Positions 55,942 to 64,000 of a DNA stretch of 64,000 nt are shown one piece after another. The stretch covers positions 1 to 64,000 of the IMG/VR virus record IMGVR_UViG_3300046706_000011; one strand, given 5' to 3'. This DNA comes from a virus. The translations under genes and the position numbers were made by a program. The notes under the pieces are model-generated. The model was given only the letters and a program-made list of their open reading frames with translations. It was not told the origin of the DNA and ran no database searches. Position 1 is the stretch's first letter, and each line of letters starts with the position of its first letter.

Positions 55942-56045
55942 CCGCGCATCGCCGCGGGATCGGGGGCTCCGGCCCCCTTCCCACGGGAGGAACAAACGAA
56001 TTTCCCGTTCACAAACGCCCTCGGGCCTCCCACGGAGAAAATCTG

Positions 56046-56360
56046 GTGACGCACATTCCACGGTACGACGACGAGATCCCGGACGCGGCGACGGCGCTGT
56101 CCAACCTGCTGTCGCGGGTCGAGTCCGAGGTCTGCGACCCGGCCGCCTACGGCTTCCGGATCGAGGACCCGGAGCATCCCTGGCACAGGGACGTGATGGA
56201 GGCGCGCGACGCCCTGTACAAGGCCGAGCGCGACCGGGACCGGAAACGATCCGGCCTGGACGAGACCGTCGATTGGGCGGGACGGGTGATGATGGCGGCC
56301 ACGGGACTGCTCGCCGGGATGCTCCTCGGCGGGATCGTGAACGCGATGATGGCGGGCTGA
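56046..56360 (+). CDS. Hypothetical protein with C-terminal TM (moron)
   Basis: GGAG RBS before the GTG. Confidence 0.6.
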   Translation: MTHIPRYDDEIPDAATALSNLLSRVESEVCDPAAYGFRIEDPEHPWHRDVMEARDALYKAERDRDRKRSGLDETVDWAGRVMMAATGLLAGMLLGGIVNAMMAG

Positions 56361-56370
56361 GGGGGAAGAC

Positions 56371-56553
56371 ATGACGGGAATGGCACGGGTTCGCTCGGCC
56401 GCCGCGTATTGGCGGGCTCGGGCGCTGGAGCACCTGGACCGCATCGAGAAGTTCAGGTTGGATGAGACGACCGAGGACTATCACAACGGCGAGGCCGCGT
56501 TCTGCCTCGCCAACGCCGAACGGCTTGAGCGGATGGGGGACGGGAGTCGATGA
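56371..56553 (+). CDS. Small hypothetical protein (moron)
   Basis: RBS GAGGGG; ATGA coupling to the next gene. Confidence 0.55.
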   Translation: MTGMARVRSAAAYWRARALEHLDRIEKFRLDETTEDYHNGEAAFCLANAERLERMGDGSR

Positions 56554-56936
56554 GACGGATCGCGATCGCCGCCCTGGTCCTGGCCGCGTGGCCGGGACCG
56601 GGAACCGCCGCCCCGCGCGAGAGCCTGGGCAAGGAGGCCTACCGGTGCCTCACCAAGGGGGAGGCCGTCGATATCATGGAGGAGACGGGGAAGCTGATGG
56701 TCCTGCTCGACCGCGAGATCCCGAGGGCGCGGCGGACGGAGCGGGCGGCGGTGCGCCGGGAGATCGAGGGCGCGTGCCTGGAGTCCGGCGCCGAGGCCGA
56801 CTGGTGCCGCAGGATCGTGCTCGGGGGCGACGCCGCCCTGGAGCGCCGCGCGTGCCTGGAGGACGGCCTGGACCCGGACTCCTGCGGGACCGTTTCCCAT
56901 TCGGGGACGCCGGGCGAGGAGGAGGTTCCGCGATGA
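56550..56936 (+). CDS. Secreted Cys-containing protein (moron)
   Basis: Signal peptide and several Cys residues. Confidence 0.6.
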   Translation: MRRIAIAALVLAAWPGPGTAAPRESLGKEAYRCLTKGEAVDIMEETGKLMVLLDREIPRARRTERAAVRREIEGACLESGAEADWCRRIVLGGDAALERRACLEDGLDPDSCGTVSHSGTPGEEEVPR

Positions 56937-57130
56937 CATCGACGTGGACGGCGGACGACGTGGTGACGCTCCGGCGGATGCACCACTGGACCCAGGAGGA
57001 CCTTGCGGCGGTGTCCGGGTACAGCACCAAGACCATCGTCGCGTTCGAGACCGACCGCAGGACCATTCAGAAACGGCACGAGATCCTGTTCGGCTTCCTC
57101 CAGAGATTTGGACCGCTTTGTGATGGCTAA
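56933..57130 (+). CDS. XRE-type HTH regulator (moron)
   Basis: LRRMHHWTQEDLAAVSGYSTKTIVAFE; GGAGGAGG RBS. Confidence 0.8.
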   Translation: MTSTWTADDVVTLRRMHHWTQEDLAAVSGYSTKTIVAFETDRRTIQKRHEILFGFLQRFGPLCDG

Positions 57131-58058
57131 ACCATTGGAAAACAACGAAACCGTTTCAACGGCTGTTCCCCAGCCGTTGGTCCGGCCGGACCCACGGGCA
57201 TACCGGCGAACCATGGACGATGATGACCAGGACCTCTTCCCCGGCATGTCCACCGCACCGGCCCTGGGGCTGCCGGCCGATGGTGACATTGTTCACTCCG
57301 ACGCCTTGGATATCCTGGCGGGGCTCGCCGCGGGGACTGCATCCCTCATCGTCACGGACCCGCCTTACGGAATTGCCTACCACTCAAACTACTATAGGGG
57401 AAGAAACCCGCATGCGCCCATCTCGCAGGATTGGGATTTCCAGATCGGCGCCTTCTTTGCGGAGGCCTCCCGTGCCCTTGTCGATGGCGGGGCCATCTAC
57501 CTGTTCACTCGCTGGGATGTATACCCGTTGTGGTATAAGGAAATTCCAAAGGCCCTCTCCTTGAAGAATGCCATCGTCTGGAAGAAAGACAACTGGTCGA
57601 GCGGCGATCTGTACGGCAACTTTGGCAATCAGTATGAAATCGTCATGTTCTTGACCAAGGGGCGGCACAGCCTGCGCGGCAAGCGATGGCCGAATATCTG
57701 GGAGTTTCCGCGTATCCCCGCCAAACGACTGAGAATGCCGGCGGAGAAGCCGGTCGGCCTGTACGAACGCGCCATCCTGTCATCCAGCGACAAGGGGGAC
57801 TTGGTCGTGGACCCGTTCTGCGGCTCCGGGACGGCGGCCGAGGCCGCCCGCCGAGCAGGCCGGCGCTTTCTCCTCGGTGACATCGACCCGAAGATGGTCA
57901 GCATGGCGCGGGAACGTGTCGGTCTCTCCACCCCGACGGTCCAGGACGAACCGGGACGCAAGGCGCCGCCATGCCCGGTATTCTCGGTGGAACCGCCCGA
58001 TATCTCGCTATGGGGGTTGCATCCGGAAGATGTTCTGCACTCGCGAACGGGGCGGTGA
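57123..58058 (+). CDS. DNA N4-C/N6-A methyltransferase (beta class); start may be 57213
   Basis: TDPPY, IVWKK, EKPVGL, VVDPFCGSGT. Confidence 0.93.
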   Translation: MAKPLENNETVSTAVPQPLVRPDPRAYRRTMDDDDQDLFPGMSTAPALGLPADGDIVHSDALDILAGLAAGTASLIVTDPPYGIAYHSNYYRGRNPHAPISQDWDFQIGAFFAEASRALVDGGAIYLFTRWDVYPLWYKEIPKALSLKNAIVWKKDNWSSGDLYGNFGNQYEIVMFLTKGRHSLRGKRWPNIWEFPRIPAKRLRMPAEKPVGLYERAILSSSDKGDLVVDPFCGSGTAAEAARRAGRRFLLGDIDPKMVSMARERVGLSTPTVQDEPGRKAPPCPVFSVEPPDISLWGLHPEDVLHSRTGR

Positions 58059-58108
58059 AACGCGACGGGCTCCATCAAGCGGGGGAGGAGCGGGAACCCT
58101 CGATAGGG

Positions 58109-58813
58109 TTACGACTTTCCGCTACCGATACCTGGGAAGCCTCCGTACGGAAGTGGTATAGCCCCGAACCGCTTGCGGCAATCCGAAAGGCGTTTCCCGC
58201 ACCGATCCTGGGCGGGGTCGCCAGTCGGGTTGCCGTTCGGCAGGAACATGGCGGCGCCGGCGTAGGGACAGGCATGTGGATCGGATGAATAGGTGAAGCT
58301 ACCACCGTTCCAAAAGCGGTACCTCCATGGGCAGTGGTTCTTGGTCGCGACCCGGCCCGGTATCTGGCGGCCCTGCTGGTCGAGGTCGGCGGCCAGCTCC
58401 CACCGGATCATCGTCTTGTTCTGGAGGACCTTGCGCTCGATGCGGAAGATGTCGGGCGGGAAGTGCTGGTTCGGGTCGGCCTGGGGCTGGCCGTCGAGGT
58501 ACTTGACGAAGGTCCGCCAGCGGATCACCCGCGCGCCGCGCAGGTCGTCGAAGGACACGACCGCCGCCGCGATGAGCACGTCCTTGGCGACGGTCAGGGT
58601 CGGGGTCGGCAGCGAGCCCTGGGCGGCCTTCTCGAAGCCGTCCGCGTCGATCGGCAACGGGATGTATTGCTGTCCCTTCCAGCGCACGGCTTGGCCGTCC
58701 AGGGTTCCGGGGACGTAGTTCAGGACGCCGCCCCCGATGCTGGTCATGTCGATTTGATAGAGCCGGATCTCGGCGCCGGGGTCGAGGCGTTGGATGTCTG
58801 CGGCGATGGGCAT
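58109..58813 (-). CDS. Minor tail protein L-like
   Basis: LPTPTLTV, RTFVKYLD, CPWRY, CGKRLSDC..RFG, YGGFPG. Confidence 0.95.
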   Translation of the reverse strand: MPIAADIQRLDPGAEIRLYQIDMTSIGGGVLNYVPGTLDGQAVRWKGQQYIPLPIDADGFEKAAQGSLPTPTLTVAKDVLIAAAVVSFDDLRGARVIRWRTFVKYLDGQPQADPNQHFPPDIFRIERKVLQNKTMIRWELAADLDQQGRQIPGRVATKNHCPWRYRFWNGGSFTYSSDPHACPYAGAAMFLPNGNPTGDPAQDRCGKRLSDCRKRFGAIPLPYGGFPGIGSGKS

Positions 58814-58820
58814 GGTGGGC

Positions 58821-59177
58821 TTAGGTTCCGAGGTCGTGGACTTGTTCGAGGGAGGCGTCGATGTCCCAGCGGCCTGGCACGTCCTTGACCGGCGACCACG
58901 AGTACTGCGGGCACACCCACTTCTGGGCGGTCGAGTAGCCGGTGGGGACCCACCAGAACCACGTGACGCCCTGGTGGGTCGCGAAGAAGTTCCGCAGCGT
59001 CTGCATCTCCTGGGTGGAGCGCGCCCGCCACTGGACGGAGACCTTGGTGGTGAGGGCGTTCAGGCCGTCCAGGGATCGCAGGCTGTAGCCGTCCTGGAAC
59101 GAGACGACCCGGCGACGCGGCTCCTCCTGGAACGAGGGGCTGTAGGCCATCGGGATTGAGGGAAGGGTCAGCGCCAT
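58821..59177 (-). CDS. Minor tail protein M-like
   Basis: FQDGY..DGLN, FF..HQGV.WFWW.P. Confidence 0.9.
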   Translation of the reverse strand: MALTLPSIPMAYSPSFQEEPRRRVVSFQDGYSLRSLDGLNALTTKVSVQWRARSTQEMQTLRNFFATHQGVTWFWWVPTGYSTAQKWVCPQYSWSPVKDVPGRWDIDASLEQVHDLGT

Positions 59178-59198
59178 GGATTGATCTACCGTATTTTA

Positions 59199-62100
59199 TT
59201 AGGAATTGCTTAAAAGGCCACCGTTCCTACGCTCCTTAATCAGCTTATCGTTCATCGCCTGCTCGATCTGGCGCGCGATGGCCCGGCCCTGGCGCTCGGC
59301 GGCGCCCTGGTCCATGCCCTGCTGGGCGGTGACGTTCACGGTGATGTTGTTGGTCGCCCCGCCTCCGCCGGCCGGCGCGAGGTTGGCCATCTGGCCCGGC
59401 GTGAACACCCCCTCGCCCTTCTTCAGCACGGCGGGGACCTCGTTGCCGGCGAGCCCGCCCGCGTGGTATCGGATCAGAGACGACACCGACGGCATGGGCC
59501 GGAGACCGGGGACCTCGCGCCCGACGACCCCGCCGGCATGGAACGAGGGGATGGCGCGAAGCGGCCCGCCCTCGACGCCGATGATCCCGCCCCCGTGCTT
59601 CTGCGACATCATCATGCCGCCGCCCATCACCGCCGCGTTGGCGGCGAACATGCCCCCGCCGCCGCCGAACATCATGGCCAGGGGTTGGATGATCGCCATC
59701 CGGATCGCCATGCGCGCGAGGTCGGCCGCGATGGACTTCGCCATGTCCGCGAACGCCTCCCGCGCGGACTTCGCCCCCGTGACGATGTCCACGAGCGCGT
59801 CCTCGAAGTGCATCAGCCCGCCGTAGGCCGCCTGCCGCATCGCCTCGTTGCCGGTCATCATCGAGTTGGCGAGCTGGTCGAGCGAGTCGTTCATGCGGGA
59901 CAGGCGGTCGGCCGACACCGCGGTGTCGCCGGCAAGCCGGATCTGGCTCTGGCTCAGTTCGTCGGTCGCCGCCCCGTTGGCCGCGATGAGTTCGTTCTCC
60001 TTCTGGATCTCGGCCATGCGGCGGAGCCGTTCCTCGCCGAACAGGCTCATCGCCTCCATCTGCCGGTTGGTGCCCTCGACCTCCAGTTGGCCGAGGCGGA
60101 TGCGATCCTCGGACTCGCGGGTCCAGTCCCCCATGGCGCGATCGCCCGCGGAGGCGACGAACTGCCGGCCCCGGTCGCTCTCCGGGTCGGCGCCCTGGCC
60201 GAGCAGGTCCTGCCGCGCCCCGGCCTCGGCCAGGGCGCGGATGCGAGCCTCGCCCACCTTATCGTAGGCGGCCCGCACCTCGTCGAGGGAACCAACGTAG
60301 CGTCGGTTGGCCGCGACTTCGCCCGCGATGCGCTCGTCCTGGGCGGCCTCGCGCCGCTTCTCGATCAGTTCCTCCAGGCTCCGGACGGCGGCTTGGTCGG
60401 AGGAGATCCCGAGGTCGGCCGCCATGCGGCGGGCCTCGATGGCGTCCTTCTCGCGGTTGACGGCGTCCACGCCCTGGTCGTGGGCGGCGGCGAGTTCCAG
60501 GACCGCCTTGGTATCCTCGCGCAGGCCGAACTTCGCGGCCTCGAACTTCGTCGCCTTCTGGACGTCGTAGAGGGTCCCGACCAAGCCCTCCAGCGCGGCC
60601 TTCTGGTCCTTGGTCAGCTTCTCGGAGAAGCCGTGGACCTTGTTCATGATCTCCTGGGACCGCGTCGCCTGCTCGACGGCGCTGGCCGTGCCCCCGTAGG
60701 CGGAGGCGAGCTGGCGCTGCGCGTCGATGGACTGCCCGAGTTCTCGGCTCTTTTCCCCGAAGGTGTCCTGGGGCGTCCGGCCGGTCTTGTTCTGCTGGCG
60801 GATGCGGTACTGGAGCCCCGCCCGCTCCCCGCGCTGCTCGACGATCTTCTGGTCCGCCGCGCTCAGCGGTGCGTCCGGGCCGTAGCCCCGTTCGCGCCGG
60901 AGGTCGCCGATCGCGTCCTCGCGGCCCGCCTTGACCGCGGCGGCGACCGACTTGATGCCGCCGACGCCGGCCTGCCGAGCCACCGCGCGGGTCTGGATGA
61001 CCTCGTCCTCAAGCTGCTTCTGGGCCTGGAGGTCGAGGTCGGAAAGCGCCTTTCTTCCCTGCATCATGAACGGCAGGTTCTCGGGCCGGGGACCCGGCCT
61101 GTTGCCGGCGGCGACCTGGGCCGGGAACTGGGCGAGCGCCGCGATGCGCTCCGGCCCCTGCGTGGTCGCCTGGATCTGCGACGCCATGGCGTTGGAGTCG
61201 ATCTCGCGCTGCTGGCTCGCGACCTTGAGCTGGATCGCCTCCAGTTCCTCAGCGCGGTTGTGCGCGGCCACCAAGGCGTAGATGGCCGACGCGGCGCGAC
61301 CCGTGATGTCGATCCCGGCCTCCAGGACCTTGTTGCGCGCGTCCTGGGCGTCCTTCTCGTCCTGGACCGCGTCGGTGCCCTTCTTGTGGGCCTCGGCCAT
61401 CCGGTTGGACAGCTCGATCTCGGAGCGCAGCGTCTGGAGGATCGGGCCGGCCGACAGCATGTCGCGCGCCGCGTTGAGCTGCCGGTAGGACTCGCGAAGC
61501 TTGTCCACGTCCTCGGGCAGCATCTGGCCCTCGGGCAGGCGCTGCTTGCCGGCCACTTCCCCCTGCATGCGCGAGATGTCGCCGCGCAGGGCGTCGTTGC
61601 CGGGATCGGCCCGGAGCTTCGCCTGGGTCTCCTCGATCCGGACGTTCAGGTCCGCGATCTCCTTCTTGGTCTGCTCGGAGACGCGGAACTCAAGCGGCTT
61701 GGTCTGGGAGATGATCTCAAGCTCGCGCTTGACCCCGACCATCGCCTCCTTGCTGGACTGGAACTGCCGCCCGAGCCTTTCCTGGCCCTCGATCTGTTTC
61801 CGGATCTCGGCGGTCTGCTTCTCCAGTTCCTTGGTGGACCGCTGCTGGTCGGTGAGCGCGTCGGCGGCGGGCGAGGCCGCGCCGCTCCCGCCCAGGGCCT
61901 TCTCGGCGGCCTTGCGGCGTTCCTCGGCCTCGCGGATCTGCCGTTCGACCTGGGCGGTGTTGTACATCGCCGCCCGGCTGTCCTCCTGGGTCGGCCCGAA
62001 GGTGGACTGCCCGCCAGGCGAGGCGCGCCGCTCGACGGACGCCTCGGACTCCATCAGGGCGCGGCGCTGCGCCAGCTCTTTCTCAAGCTCCGCCTGGACA

Positions 62101-63695
62101 TCCCTGGACGAGTCCACGATGGCCTTTGCCCGGTCCACCGCCGCCTTCTTCTCGTCGCCGGAGGCCGACGCGATCTGCCGATGGAGCTGCTCGATGTCGG
62201 CGAGCGACTTGGCGTGCCCCTTGGCGGTGGCGTCAACCGCCTGGAGGCCCTTGTTGGTCTGGACCAACGCGAGGACGCCGGCCGCCAGGGCGGCGGCGAG
62301 GGCGAGCAGGGGATGGCCTGCGAGGGCGACGCCGAGGCTGGCCAGCGAGGTCGCAAGGCCGCCGATCGCGCCGACGACACCGATCACCCAGCCGGCCAGC
62401 TTGATGGCGATGAGCCCCTCGACCACCAGCATGACGGTCTGGATGTTCTCGGCGAGGACCTTGAATGCCGCCACGAGGTTCTCGACGGCGGTCTTGAGCA
62501 TGCCGCCCAGTTCCTCCGAGAGCTTGCGGCCCTCGATCCCGTTGAGGAAGCGCGCAAGGTCCTGGGCGCCCTCTGCGGCGGCCTTGAGGAAACCCGCCTC
62601 CGAGACGCGGTTCTTGAACTCATCGAAGGCGTTGGACAGCCGGTTGAACGCCGCCCCGGCCCCGTCCAGCGCCCCGGTGAGCGGGAACTTCTCGGCCACG
62701 GCCCGACCGAAGGTGTCGAAGAACGCGCGCGCGGAGACCTGCCCCTGGTCCATCGCCTTGCCGAGCTGCTCGACGCTCATGCCCATGGCGCGGGCGGCGA
62801 GGTTGACCGCCCCCGGAAGCTGCTCCCCGAGCTGTTCCTTCAGCTCCCCAGCCTGGACGGTGCCGCGGCTGGCGATCTGGGCCAGGGCCAGGAACGCCCG
62901 GCTCGCGTCTTCCGGGCTCTTGCCCAGCACGGACATCGCCTGGGCCACCGCGAAGAACGTGTCCTTGGCCTTGGCCATGTCCACGTTGGACCCCGCCACC
63001 GCCGCCGTGAAGCCGACATACTGCTTGCCGGTCGAGAGCAGGTTGAGGCCGAGGCGCTGGCTCTCGGCGCGCAGGCGCTCCATCTCCTGGGCGCCCTTGG
63101 CGCTTGACCCGGTGGCGACGTCGAGCCCGGTCCGAAGGCTCTGGAAGGCCATGCCGACCTGGGCGACGTCCCGCACCAGGACGCCGGCCCCGATTCCGGC
63201 CAGGACGCCTTTGAGCGACACGACGGAATCCTCAAGGCGTCCAAAGGCATTCCGCAGGTTGTTGACGTGCTGGACGGCGCCGGAGGTGTCCAGGTTCAGC
63301 CTGGGGACGGACGTGGCGGCATCCGCGCCGCTGGTCCTCGGCGGGCGGGGCGCCGTGAGGACCCGCGCGGCGTCGGCCCGCCTCTCGGTGGCGCGGCTCT
63401 CGGCGTTCAGGGCTTCCTGCCGGGCGGCCGACTCCCGCCGCACCGCGTCCGTCTTGCGCTGCTCGGCCTGCTCGACGGAACGCGCCTCCGCCTCGGCCGC
63501 GCGGCTGGCCTGCCCGGCGCCGGGCGCCGGGTCCGGCCGGCGCATGGGGCGGATCGCGTTCAGCTTCTCGACCGCCGCCACGGCCGCCTCGGCGCGGGCC
63601 TTGATGGCGTCGAGCGCACCCTGGACCATGCGGGACCCCGTCAGCGCTCGCGAGGAGTCGATGACGATCTGAAGGGTCTCTTGCCTATCGGCCAT
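59199..63695 (-). CDS. Tail tape measure protein
   Basis: LAQIASRGTVQAGELKEQLGEQLPGA tape-measure domain; long Ala-rich helical body; FHAGG..EVPAVLKKGEGV C-terminus. Confidence 0.95.
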   Translation of the reverse strand: MADRQETLQIVIDSSRALTGSRMVQGALDAIKARAEAAVAAVEKLNAIRPMRRPDPAPGAGQASRAAEAEARSVEQAEQRKTDAVRRESAARQEALNAESRATERRADAARVLTAPRPPRTSGADAATSVPRLNLDTSGAVQHVNNLRNAFGRLEDSVVSLKGVLAGIGAGVLVRDVAQVGMAFQSLRTGLDVATGSSAKGAQEMERLRAESQRLGLNLLSTGKQYVGFTAAVAGSNVDMAKAKDTFFAVAQAMSVLGKSPEDASRAFLALAQIASRGTVQAGELKEQLGEQLPGAVNLAARAMGMSVEQLGKAMDQGQVSARAFFDTFGRAVAEKFPLTGALDGAGAAFNRLSNAFDEFKNRVSEAGFLKAAAEGAQDLARFLNGIEGRKLSEELGGMLKTAVENLVAAFKVLAENIQTVMLVVEGLIAIKLAGWVIGVVGAIGGLATSLASLGVALAGHPLLALAAALAAGVLALVQTNKGLQAVDATAKGHAKSLADIEQLHRQIASASGDEKKAAVDRAKAIVDSSRDVQAELEKELAQRRALMESEASVERRASPGGQSTFGPTQEDSRAAMYNTAQVERQIREAEERRKAAEKALGGSGAASPAADALTDQQRSTKELEKQTAEIRKQIEGQERLGRQFQSSKEAMVGVKRELEIISQTKPLEFRVSEQTKKEIADLNVRIEETQAKLRADPGNDALRGDISRMQGEVAGKQRLPEGQMLPEDVDKLRESYRQLNAARDMLSAGPILQTLRSEIELSNRMAEAHKKGTDAVQDEKDAQDARNKVLEAGIDITGRAASAIYALVAAHNRAEELEAIQLKVASQQREIDSNAMASQIQATTQGPERIAALAQFPAQVAAGNRPGPRPENLPFMMQGRKALSDLDLQAQKQLEDEVIQTRAVARQAGVGGIKSVAAAVKAGREDAIGDLRRERGYGPDAPLSAADQKIVEQRGERAGLQYRIRQQNKTGRTPQDTFGEKSRELGQSIDAQRQLASAYGGTASAVEQATRSQEIMNKVHGFSEKLTKDQKAALEGLVGTLYDVQKATKFEAAKFGLREDTKAVLELAAAHDQGVDAVNREKDAIEARRMAADLGISSDQAAVRSLEELIEKRREAAQDERIAGEVAANRRYVGSLDEVRAAYDKVGEARIRALAEAGARQDLLGQGADPESDRGRQFVASAGDRAMGDWTRESEDRIRLGQLEVEGTNRQMEAMSLFGEERLRRMAEIQKENELIAANGAATDELSQSQIRLAGDTAVSADRLSRMNDSLDQLANSMMTGNEAMRQAAYGGLMHFEDALVDIVTGAKSAREAFADMAKSIAADLARMAIRMAIIQPLAMMFGGGGGMFAANAAVMGGGMMMSQKHGGGIIGVEGGPLRAIPSFHAGGVVGREVPGLRPMPSVSSLIRYHAGGLAGNEVPAVLKKGEGVFTPGQMANLAPAGGGGATNNITVNVTAQQGMDQGAAERQGRAIARQIEQAMNDKLIKERRNGGLLSNS

Positions 63696-64000
63696 CGGCG
63701 GCCTCCTGTGTGGGCGGGTCCGGGGGCGGCGGGGCCTCGCCGCGGCCGGTCGGGCGGACCCTCATGAGCGCGGCCTTCAGGTTCTCGGCGAGGGCGGCCC
63801 TGTCGTCCGTCGTCTTGGCGGGCCTCCGGAGCAGGTCGTCGAGCCTCGGGAAGTGCTTGGCGTCGCAGCGCTGCATGTACGCGCCGTGCCACGCGGCCCA
63901 CAGGTCCCTCTCGCGCGCGGCCCCCTCGGCATCGACGTGGGCCTCGACGCAGATGCGCGTCTCGTTCGGGGTGAGGGACCAGAACGCGCCGGGCTGGATG
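63685..64000 (-). CDS. Tail assembly chaperone (5' end outside the window)
   Basis: IQPGAFWSLTPNE...AAWH...FPRLDDLL; immediately upstream of the tape measure gene. Confidence 0.7.
   Translation of the reverse strand, partial: IQPGAFWSLTPNETRICVEAHVDAEGAARERDLWAAWHGAYMQRCDAKHFPRLDDLLRRPAKTTDDRAALAENLKAALMRVRPTGRGEAPPPPDPPTQEAADGR

Larger units (their letters stand above)
1..64000. mobile_element. Temperate siphophage / conjugative element hybrid (both ends outside the window)
   Basis: Phage repressor, replication, lysis and tail modules surround a relaxase-T4CP-T4SS module; no host housekeeping genes recognised. Confidence 0.85.

Noticed and set aside
42766-63107. Very long plus-strand ORFs (42766-47931, 48822-53630, 59463-63107)
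   Set aside because: Antisense shadows of GC-rich tail genes, with Arg/Gly/Pro-biased translations and no motifs. The same applies to most overlapping ORFs in the track.
1-64000. tRNA, rRNA, cas genes, integrase, terminase or capsid genes
   Set aside because: None recognised by eye in this window; head genes would be expected beyond the right edge.

Overview
GC-rich window (roughly 70% GC by eye; gene content suggests an alphaproteobacterial, Rhodospirillales-like host, which is inference) that reads as one hybrid mobile element: a temperate lambda-like siphophage carrying a conjugation system. From left to right: (1) 0.1-6.5 kb, phage immunity/replication: CI-like repressor, VRR-NUC, DnaB, two DUF1376/YdaU-like initiator genes and a DUF6456-like regulator. 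(2) 6.6-10.9 kb, a lower-GC accessory island with a serine resolvase and an RHH gene divergent from an intact TnpB. (3) 10.9-18.5 kb, a long minus-strand run of small accessory genes including a thermonuclease, a C5-methyltransferase with a nested alternate-frame subunit, HNH and HTH genes. It is headed by a sigma70-type promoter and a two-repeat type I-C CRISPR mini-array; no cas genes are in the window. (4) 18.8-39.4 kb, conjugation: traKLM/mobCDE-like genes, three pentapeptide-repeat paralogs, candidate oriT, MOBP-type relaxase, a split coupling protein, and trbB-C-D-E-J-L-F-G-I-like T4SS genes with RHH regulators. (5) 40-64 kb, minus-strand lysis and tail genes (endolysin, fibres, J, I, K, L, M, tape measure), with a plus-strand moron carrying a second DNA methyltransferase between K and L. 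Repeated non-coding motifs link the phage and conjugation parts, which suggests one co-evolved conjugative phage or phage-plasmid. All protein calls come from motif recognition by eye; no database searches were run.
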